Assembly (NCBI GenBank): GCA_002794465.1
Contig: MTSL01000209.1
Location: 12,019-21,355 of the forward strand
Length of the DNA stretch: 9,337 nt
Reading direction: 5' to 3'
From: Paramicrosporidium saccamoebae KSL3
Taxonomy: Eukaryota; Fungi; Cryptomycota
The notes beneath the pieces are model-generated. The model was not told where the DNA came from. It did no database searches and saw only the letters and a program-made list of their open reading frames with translations. The position numbers and the translations under genes are program-made. Positions 1 to 7,975 of this stretch are shown in pieces; within the stretch, counting starts at the first letter, position 1, and the number at the start of each line of letters is the position of its first letter.

Positions 1-881
1 TCTGGCTCAATGAAGGCTTCACCATGTACTTGGAGCGAAAGATCTTGGCAAAGACTCATGGCGAAGCAGAGAGACAGCTCAATTCAATCGTCGGATTGTC
101 TGCTTTGAAGGAAGACTTGGAACTCTTGGAAAATGGACCACTGACCAAATTGGTACCCGATCTGAGTACCACAGATCCTGATGACGCTTTTTCCCAGGTC
201 CCATATGAAAAGGGTTACATGTTGCTGTACACACTGGAAAAGCTGGTGGGAGCTGAAAAGTTTGAAGCCTACTTCAAAGCCCACATTGAGAAATTTGCAG
301 GCGAATCCATCGACACCAATCAATTCAAAGCATTCATTATGGAGTATTTCTTGGAAGACCCCATTCATCAGCAACTGATTGAATTCCCATGGGATGAGTG
401 GCTATACGGGACCGGTCTGGGACCATCAACACCGGAATTTAGCGAAGAACTCGCGATACCCTGCAGGCTGTTAGCCATGTCTTGGAAGGAAAATGGTTCA
501 CCCAATGATATCGAATTCAGCAGCTTTAGGGTATGGCAAAAGATCATGTTCCTTGACAATTTGCTCGATGCCAAGCATGTACTTTCTGTGGAGACAGTCG
601 ATAAACTGGCCCATGAATACCAACTACCTAGTTGCACAAATGTGGAAATTTTGTTAAAATGGTACCTTTTATGCATCAAGTCACATGCTGAGCATTTCTA
701 CGAGGCGGCCGCCCAATATGCGGCTACATATGGCAGAATGAAGTACAACCGTCCAATTTATCGCGCCCTCTATCATAGCGGTCCATTTGGAAAAAATCTC
801 GCCTTGGAAACATTCAAAAAACATCGTGCGACGTATCATCCAATTGCTGTCCAGATGATCTCCAAGGATCTCGAGTTATAA
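1..881 (+). CDS. LTA4H: LTA4H/Lap2-like M1 aminopeptidase, copy 1 (5'-truncated by the window)
   Basis: Frame is open from base 3 (WLNEGFTMYLERK, with the third Zn ligand Glu). It contains DPDDAFSQVPYEKG (catalytic Tyr) and the LTA4H C-terminal domain with GRMKYNRPIY (732-743) and YHPIAVQMISKDL. It ends at TAA 879-881 and is collinear with copy 2 at a 2060-bp offset. Confidence 0.95.
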   Translation, partial: WLNEGFTMYLERKILAKTHGEAERQLNSIVGLSALKEDLELLENGPLTKLVPDLSTTDPDDAFSQVPYEKGYMLLYTLEKLVGAEKFEAYFKAHIEKFAGESIDTNQFKAFIMEYFLEDPIHQQLIEFPWDEWLYGTGLGPSTPEFSEELAIPCRLLAMSWKENGSPNDIEFSSFRVWQKIMFLDNLLDAKHVLSVETVDKLAHEYQLPSCTNVEILLKWYLLCIKSHAEHFYEAAAQYAATYGRMKYNRPIYRALYHSGPFGKNLALETFKKHRATYHPIAVQMISKDLEL

Positions 882-1035
882 TTCTACATCTTTCAATTAC
901 TGACCATATCATAATCAAGTTACAATTTCTAAATCTTCCAGTGCATTGTTTCATCTCTCCATTAAGCAATATCTGAAAAGTTTACCGCGGCCATAAAGAT
1001 ATATTAATCTATGATATGATTTTGTTTAATTTGGG

Positions 1036-2941
1036 ATGAGATTATATAATCTTGTCGCCGGCTGGGCGAGCATACTGGTCGCCCATGCAGCCGTATCGGT
1101 ATCAATTGAACAAAGTATTGACCTTTCTACTATAGCGAGACCCCAATTCAGTGGCAAATATTGACGTGTTCCAGACTACACATATTCATTTGGCCTGGGA
1201 CGTGGACTTTAATACCTCAACAATCGAGGGAATCGCAACGCTAACTTTGAAACGTGTGGGCCAGGGCAATAAATTGATCTTGGACTGCTCCCATCTGAGG
1301 ATTCATACTGTTGCAGGGCTCATTAGCTCATATCACGTTGCTCTGGAGTATTCCAAAGATTCTTCAGCAAGTCCATTTGGAGGAGCACTTACCATCACTA
1401 TTCCATATGAGTTTGACAACTATACCATCGACATTAGCTACTCCACCACCAAAAAAAGCACTGCTCTACAATGGCTTACTCCTGAACAGACACTTGGCAA
1501 AACACATCCCTATATGTTCAGCCAGTGTCAAGCCATCCATGCACGTTCCATGCTCCCGTGTCAGGACACGCCTGCCATCAAGGCAACTTACTCAGCACAT
1601 GTTACGGTACCAAAACCATTGAATGTTGTGATGAGTGCCAATCGTCGAGAGGAATTCCAGGTCGCCTATCGCGACGATCGTATCGTTCACTTTGGCCAAA
1701 CCACCCCCATTCCAGCATATTTGATTGCAATTGCAGTAGGAGACATCCACCCAAGAGAGATTGGGCCGCGTTCTGCTGTTTGGTCTGAAGCGGAGAATCT
1801 GGAGGCCGCGGCTGAAGAGTTTTCAGAAACCGAAACGTTTATCAAAACTGCCGAATCGCTTGTTGGGCCGTATGTTTGGGAGCGCTATGACATTCTCGTC
1901 CTCCCACCCTCATTTCCCTATGGCGGTATGGAGAATCCCTGCTTGACATTTGTCACTCCCACCATCATTGCTGGCGATAAATCGCTGGTTGACGTGGTTG
2001 CCCACGAGATTGCGCATAGTTGGACAGGAAATCTTGTCTCTTGTGCGAGTTGGGAACATTCCTGGCTCAATGAAGGCTTCACTATGTATTTGGAGCGAAA
2101 GATCTTGGCAAGGACTCATGGCGAGGAAGAGAGACAGCTTAGTTCAATTGTCGGATTGTCTGCTTTGAAGGAAGATTTGGAATTCTTGAGAAATGGACCA
2201 TTGACCAAATTGGTACCCGACTTGAGTGCCACAGATCCTGATGACGCCTTTTCTGAGGTTCCATATGAGAAGGGCTACTTGTTGCTGTACACGTTGGAAG
2301 AGCTGGTAGGGGCGGCAAAGTTTGAAGTCTACTTCAAAGCCCACATTGAGAAATTTGCAGGCGAATCCATCGACACCCATCAATTCAAAGCATTCATTAT
2401 GGAGTATTTCTTGGACGACTCTATTCATCAGCAACTGATTGAATTCCCATGGGATGAGTGGTTACACGGAACCGGTCTTGGACCATCGACCCCGACATTT
2501 AATGACGAACTAGCGATACCCTGCAGACTGCTAGCCGAGGCTTGGATAGAGAACGATGCTGCCAATGAGATTGACTTCAGCAGCTTTAGGGTATGGCAAA
2601 AGATCATGTTCCTTGACAATTTGCTCGATGCCAAATATGTACTTTCTGCGGAGACAATCGATAAACTGGCCCATGAATACCAACTACCCAATTGCACAAA
2701 CATGGAAATTTTGGTAAAATGGTACATTTTATGCATCAAATCGCGTGCTGAGCACTACTATGAGGTGGCCGCTCAACATGCAGCGACACATGGCGTAATG
2801 GGGCATAGTCGTTCAATTTACAATGCCCTCTATCAGAGTGGTCCGGTTGGGAAATATCTCGCATTAGAAACATTCTACACTCACCGTGCAGTCTATCATC
2901 CAATCGCCGCGAATATGATCTCCAAGGATCTTGGGTTATAA
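1036..2941 (+). CDS. LTA4H: LTA4H/Lap2-like M1 aminopeptidase, copy 2; probable join(1036..1092 or 1098, 1136..2941), about 620 aa with a predicted signal peptide
   Basis: Contains SQCQAIHARSMLPCQDTP, GGMEN (1922-1936), HEIAH (2003-2017)-X18-E (2072-2074) and VPYEKG (Tyr 2264-2266). The frame extends upstream of GTG 1151 as RDPNS (1136-1150) to an in-frame TAG that doubles as a splice acceptor. ATG 1036 encodes MRLYNLVAGWASILVAHAA(VS). Family call is firm; the 5' exon structure is inferred. Confidence 0.9.
1093..1135 (+). other. Short spliceosomal intron of copy 2 (acceptor 1135; donor GT at 1093 or 1099, alternatively 1115)
   Basis: Has GTATCG/GTATCA/GTATTG donor candidates, a branch-like TTGAC (1118-1122) and a pyrimidine-rich CTTTCTACTATAG acceptor. 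Removing 1093-1135 (43 nt) or 1099-1135 (37 nt) puts ATG 1036 in frame with the peptidase. Confidence 0.7.
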
Positions 2942-3131
2942 TTTTACATTTTTTAATCACTGATCATGGCCTTAAATTGCAATTTCCGCATACATTCAAT
3001 AGGGCTTTGTATAAGCCTAAAACAGCATTCAATAATCTCAACATGAGTATGCCAATCTGATGAGCCATGACCATAGGAAGTAGATTAGATATTTAGGGGA
3101 TAAATCGAACCCCACCGCACTTCAATTTAGG

Positions 3132-5175
3132 ATGAGATTGCATAGTCTTGTCACCGGTTCGGCGAGCCTACTGGTCGCCCATGCAGCCGTATCGGTATCA
3201 ATTGAACCAAGTAATAATCACGCTGTAGAGGGATCCCAATTCAGTGGCAAATATTGACGTGTTCCAGACTACACATATTCATTTAGCCTGGGACGTGGAC
3301 TTTGATACCTCAACAATTGACGGTACTGCAACGCTAACGTTGAAGCGTGTTGGTGATGGCAACCAACTAGTCTTGGACTGCTCTCATCTGGTAATTCATA
3401 ACATTATCGAGACCAATGACCTATCCTCTGCTCCTCTGAACCATGATTTCAAGCCTTCTGCAAGTCTCTTTGGAGGATCGCTTACCATTACTCTCCCAGA
3501 AGGGCGTGATACTTACACCATTTCTATTAATTATGCCACCACCGACAAGAGTTCTGCTCTACAGTGGCTCACTCCCGAACAGACACTTGGCAAAGTATAT
3601 CCGTATTTGTTCAGTCAATGTCAAGCCATCCACGCGCGCACTATGCTTCCATGCCAAGACACGCCCGCCATCAAGGCCACATACTCGGCGTCCGTCAGGG
3701 TACCAAGCCCATTGAATGCTGTGATGAGCGCTAACCGTCGAAAGGAAAGCGAGGCCTCTTCTTCCGAGGGGCGCTACTTTGAATTCAAACAAACCACCCC
3801 CATTCCAGCGTATCTGATCGCCATCGCAGTAGGAGACATTCACTCGAAAGAAATTGGTCCACGTTCTGTTGTGTGGTCCGAAACAAAGAATCTGGAGGCC
3901 GCGGCCGAAGAGTTTTCAGAAACTGAAGCGTTTATCGAGACTGCCGAATCGCTTGTTGGGCCGTATGTTTGGGAGCGCTATGACATTCTAGTTCTCCCGC
4001 CCTCATTTCCCTATGGCGGCATGGAAAATCCCTGTCTGACCTTTATTACTCCTTCCCTCATTGCCGGCGACAAGTCACTTGTCAACGTGCTTGCCCACGA
4101 GATTTCACATAGCTGGACAGGCAATCTAGTCTCATGTGCGAGTTGGGAACATTTCTGGCTCAATGAAGGCTTTACTAGGTTCCTGGAACGAAAAATCTTG
4201 GCAAAGGCTCGTAGTGAGGCAGAGAGACAACTTCGATCAACTACAGGACTGTCTGCTCTGAAGGAAGATTTGGAATTCCTGAAAAATGGACCATTGACGC
4301 AATTGGTACCCGATCTAAGTGCTGACAGTCCCGATGATGCCTTTTCTCAGGTCCCATACGAAAAGGGCTACATGTTGCTCTATACGCTGGAGCAACTGGT
4401 GGGAGCTAAAAAGTTTGAAACCTGCTTCAGGGCGCACATTGAGAAGTTTGCAGGCAGATCTATTGACACGGATCAATTCAAAACATTTATTATGTATCAT
4501 TTCGTAGACGATCATCCCGTCCACCAGCAGCTCGTCAAATTCCCCTGGGACGAGTGGTTTTATGGGACCGGCTTGGGGCCGTCGACGCCAACATTTAGCG
4601 AAGAGCTCGTAACGCCCTGCAAACAGTTGGCCGAGTCGTGGATAGAGACTGATATTACCAATGAGATGGAATTCGGCGACATTGGGGCCATGCACAATAA
4701 TCCAAGCTCCATGAATGGTGCTGCCAGTGAAAATGCACCAAACGACTATGGAAAGTGGCACAGCAGGCTGTGGAAGGAGACTGGTGTTATCAATGAAATT
4801 GAATTTAGTAGCCTTGGAGCCTGGCAAAAAGTCCTGTTCTTTGGCAATTTGCTCGAGTCTGAGCACGTGCTTTCTGTAAAGATGATCAACAAAATTGCCG
4901 ATGACTACAGTTTACACACCTGCACCAATGTGGAGGTTCTACTAAAATGGTACCAGTTATGCATCAAGTCACGTGCTATACGCTTCTACGAAATGGCTGC
5001 CCATTATGCAGTGGCACATGGTAGAATGAGGTACAACCGTCCAATTTATCGCGCTCTTTATAATTCTGGTCCCATTGGGCAAGACCTCGCGTTAGAGACG
5101 TTCAAACTTCATCGTGCCGTATACCACCCAATTGCCGTGCAAATGATCTCCAAGGATCTCAATCTCGAATTGTAA
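3132..5175 (+). CDS. LTA4H: LTA4H/Lap2-like M1 aminopeptidase, copy 3; probable join(3132..3188 or 3194, 3229..5175), about 667 aa with a predicted signal peptide and a 44-aa insertion
   Basis: Contains GGMEN (4015-4029), HEISH (4096-4110)-X18-E in HFWLNEG, VPYEKG and GRMR (5020-5031). RDPNS at 3229-3243 follows a TAG acceptor. ATG 3132 encodes MRLHSLVTGSASLLVAHAA(VS). Confidence 0.9.
3189..3228 (+). other. Short spliceosomal intron of copy 3 (acceptor 3228; donor GT at 3189 or 3195, alternatively 3211)
   Basis: Same position as the copy 2 intron, with ends GTATCG...CTGTAG. Removing 40 or 34 nt restores frame. The 3' part is unalignable with copy 2, while the flanking codons differ only synonymously (CGA GAC versus AGG GAT). 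Confidence 0.7.
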
Positions 5176-5231
5176 TTTCGCAACTTTCAATTAGTAATCA
5201 TGATCTCTAATTGCAATAGCAGCATCTGTCC

Positions 5232-5237
5232 AATAAA
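5232..5237 (+). terminator. Candidate polyadenylation signal (AATAAA) for copy 3
   Basis: AATAAA lies 57 nt after the copy 3 stop in a 139-bp intergenic gap. Motif match only. Confidence 0.3.
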
Positions 5238-5314
5238 ATCACAGCATCTCCCAATCAATATTGAACAATCTCAGCATCTTTAATAAAGTAGCGCCACTTG
5301 TCGCACCAGGGACT

Positions 5315-7012
5315 ATGTGGCTTCCAGTGCTCGGACTGCTGGGTGCAGTGGCATGCAGTGTCGCAAATTACAGCCACTCCCTCACGAATGTCTCTCTCGA
5401 TATGGATATCGCACCATCGATGCAATGGTTTAAAGGAGCTGCCACTCTGACAATGAAACGCATAAGGAACGAAAGAGTCATGGTCCTTGATTGTGGAAAA
5501 TTTCATGTGACAAAGATAACGTGTCTCGAGCAGGACGTACAATTTCGCCAGTTTCCTGGCAGAGTGGAAGTTCTTGTTGAAAAAGCCGATCCTGTGATAG
5601 TCATCCAGGTTGCATACAAGGGATCCTTTGACAGCAACTCATCCATAAGAATGGTACCAGATCACAACGGGCTGCCTTCGTTTCATTTTATCCAAGACGG
5701 AAGAAATCTTTTTCCATGCCCAGATGTAAATACCTCTCAATTCACTTTTGCAGCCTCAATCAGGGTCCCGGGTTCCCTTTCGGTAATCTTTTCCGCTAGT
5801 CTAGATTCCTACGAGAACCATACATTCCACTATAAGCAAGACAATCCCGTGACCACCAGTCAGTTGGCCATGGCGGTTGGCAGAATTTCCCACCACAACA
5901 TTGCATACGGCACCCTTTATGTGGAAACTGTATCCCAAACTGCTGCGCTTGCCTATTTGTCGCGATGGAAGGAGCTGATGGATACCAAGGAGGCAACGTT
6001 CCGTCGCGAACGTGGTCTCAGTGTTCTGGTAATGCCATCTAGCTATCCTCAGCCCTACGCTGCTTACGAAAATTTGATCCTGGTGAATTCCGAGTTGGTT
6101 ACAGAGGACCAATCCCACCTGCCCGTTTTGATCCGCGCCATTGCAACCAGCATTACTATCGGACTGCGTGCCTCGGTGGAGGATAGATGGCTTAAGGAAG
6201 GTCTGATTAACTGGATTGAACGCAAGATGCTGCATCATGTTGTTGACCCGTCTCTAGCTCAACACGTGGCATTGAGGGCATGGGAGAAGGAATTTTCAAC
6301 CAATTCTATTTACAGCACGACTGCTGAACGTGCATTCGCCATGTTCATCAGGCTGGAAAGTCTAATCGGCCTTGAAATGTTTACAAATTTCATGACGACC
6401 TTTATATCACGCAACATGTTCATTACTCCTGGCAATCTTCGCTCCGAAATGCTCAAAGTCTTTCATAATCTGCCATGCATAGACAAATTACGGCGGTTTC
6501 CATGGGATGAGTGGTGCTCTCCTGGTCAGATGCCCGATATCCCGCATTACCGGGACACTCTGTCAGCTGCACCCTTAAAACTGGCGATATCTTGGCTAAA
6601 TAACAAAGTGCCCATCGACAGCCAATTCGCAAACCTCAACTCGGTGCAGAGATCACTCTTGTTTGATCTTCTTCTCTCGGACCATTCGAGACTCACTCCC
6701 GCTACTATCTACCAGATGGATTCTATTTATAGCCCTTCCTTTTCGCCTGATCCTGTCATCCGCTCAAAATGGTTTGTGTTGCTGGCACGCACCCGCAGCT
6801 ATAAGTGTTATGAACAACTGCATTCCGGGCTGCTGACTCTAAATATGGCGGAGCATTGCATACCCGTATATGTGGAGCTGCGTGCTGACACGCAGTATGA
6901 GTGGAGTGCGTCGGCATTGGAAAAGTTTCATGAACACCGAAAGTTGCTTCATGTGAGTGTCTCCAAAGTGCTTAAAAGGCTCAATCCATCTCCCAAGAGA
7001 GCCTGCCTCTAG
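5315..7012 (+). CDS. Divergent LTA4H-like M1 peptidase homolog, predicted catalytically inactive (pseudoenzyme), 565 aa with a predicted signal peptide
   Basis: Alignable by eye to copies 2 and 3 along its length: SVANY/SVANI, GAATLTMKR, VLDC, LFPCPD/MLPCQD, SVRVPGSL, QLAMAVG, WLKEG, FPWDEW, KWFVL. GGMEN becomes AAYEN (6059-6073), HEIAH becomes RAIAT (6134-6148) and PYEKG becomes TAERA. The first ATG is 5315 (MWLPVLGLLGAVAC). Confidence 0.85.
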   Translation: MWLPVLGLLGAVACSVANYSHSLTNVSLDMDIAPSMQWFKGAATLTMKRIRNERVMVLDCGKFHVTKITCLEQDVQFRQFPGRVEVLVEKADPVIVIQVAYKGSFDSNSSIRMVPDHNGLPSFHFIQDGRNLFPCPDVNTSQFTFAASIRVPGSLSVIFSASLDSYENHTFHYKQDNPVTTSQLAMAVGRISHHNIAYGTLYVETVSQTAALAYLSRWKELMDTKEATFRRERGLSVLVMPSSYPQPYAAYENLILVNSELVTEDQSHLPVLIRAIATSITIGLRASVEDRWLKEGLINWIERKMLHHVVDPSLAQHVALRAWEKEFSTNSIYSTTAERAFAMFIRLESLIGLEMFTNFMTTFISRNMFITPGNLRSEMLKVFHNLPCIDKLRRFPWDEWCSPGQMPDIPHYRDTLSAAPLKLAISWLNNKVPIDSQFANLNSVQRSLLFDLLLSDHSRLTPATIYQMDSIYSPSFSPDPVIRSKWFVLLARTRSYKCYEQLHSGLLTLNMAEHCIPVYVELRADTQYEWSASALEKFHEHRKLLHVSVSKVLKRLNPSPKRACL

Positions 7013-7515
7013 TCATAATAATCTATCCATTAATATCAGTCTCACTGGATCGGATCCTTCGGCCATGCTATTGTAATGTAGAGACTTGGTTGATGAGCGA
7101 ATTAGCTTTATTAAAGTGTGTGGCTCATTTATAGGCAGCTGCCCTTACTATGACGGGAGTGGCTTGTGGGATCGCTACCTGAGTCGGACTCACCAATGAT
7201 AAGCGGATACTGTTTAAGAGACTCTTTTGCCGTAGGAGCTACTTTCGCACACACTTGACGAGAGAGTTGATTTTGCGAGGTATAATATACCTTTTATAAA
7301 GCGAAATCTTTCACCTGAACATGCTCTAAATAGATGTTATCATCCCTTGAACGCAAACTGGTTCACCACGTATCACTATGATCCCAACCAATTTTGCTAG
7401 TGGCACACATACTGATTACTGGCGAATAAGGGGGTTTATTGAGTGCGACCGCGTTTCGATCGTTTTGGTTGTACTCCTTGGTTTGCGGTCCACGTCACCA
7501 GTGGTATTCTTGGCA

Positions 7516-7599
7516 CAATTCCATTGGAACGACTGTCTCCTTGCGGTACCATCCCCAAACCAGTTCCATTGGAAAGAGTTCCTCCCAGTGATCCCCTCA
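7516..7599. repeat. Diverged direct repeat with a 45-nt period (7516-7554 and 7561-7599)
   Basis: caattccattggaacgactgtctccttgcggtaccatcc versus cagttccattggaaagagttcctcccagtgatcccctca, 27 of 39 bases identical. Confidence 0.75.
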
Positions 7600-7749
7600 C
7601 AGCAGCAATCCAGAGTAGTAGTCCGAGCAGCAACATCAATGCGGTTTGTTTGCATGACGGGTGCAAATTTGTATTAATGCGGAAACTATGCTATACCGAT
7701 GCGGAAAAGCGTACTTTAAGCCAATATAAAAGTCTGCACTTGTATTAAA

Positions 7750-7975
7750 ACTCTTGTGATGTAGAAGATTGATTAGTTGGGTACTTGAGGACAATGTCCT
7801 AGTTTAGAGCAAGCCATAAAAGACCGCGGGATCAGCGTCTCTACCATTTTAAGATTATTACTAACGCTACTTGCGGGGCCATAAAAGGGTTTACAAATTG
7901 ATAATAAGAGTTCCCTTGCCTCCCGAACAACCATTGTGTCAAAGTTTGTGGTAACTTCCGCGCTACGCGACACTT
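7750..7975. repeat. Dispersed or segmental repeat, copy A
   Basis: 7761-7800 matches 9041-9080 at 33/40. ATAAAAGGGT is at both 7881 and 9161 (same 1280-bp offset). A third block, tgtggt...ctacgcg, is near 7947-7969. Confidence 0.8.

Noticed and set aside
84-679. Antisense ORFs 84-374 and 368-679, repeated at 2144-2434 and 2428-2739
   Set aside because: They are shadows of the duplicated peptidase genes; their similarity follows from the sense-strand duplication.
1133-1135. TAG reassignment or readthrough at the in-frame TAG shared by copies 2 and 3
   Set aside because: TAG ends copy 4, no internal TAG occurs in about 7 kb of coding sequence, and the sequence before the TAG is not conserved, as expected for an intron acceptor.
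1151-1153. GTG starts at 1151 and 3244 and TTG start at 5261, as in the ORF track (prokaryote-style reading)
   Set aside because: The conserved RDPNS lies upstream of the GTGs, no Shine-Dalgarno is evident, and ATG-initiated leaders with splice signals explain the 5' ends better.
4675-4770. Copy 3 insertion as an unannotated intron
   Set aside because: It is stop-free and in frame, lacks a GTA-type donor like the 5' intron, and is built from coding-like pieces of copies 1 and 2. Not fully excluded without RNA data.
4315-4866. 183-aa antisense ORF and other short ORFs nested in copies 2-4
   Set aside because: Fully overlap well-supported genes and show no recognisable motifs.
7070-7100. Possible third copy of the dispersed repeat (ttgtaatgtagagacttggtt)
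   Set aside because: Similarity is limited to about 20 AT-rich bases and the downstream blocks are absent.
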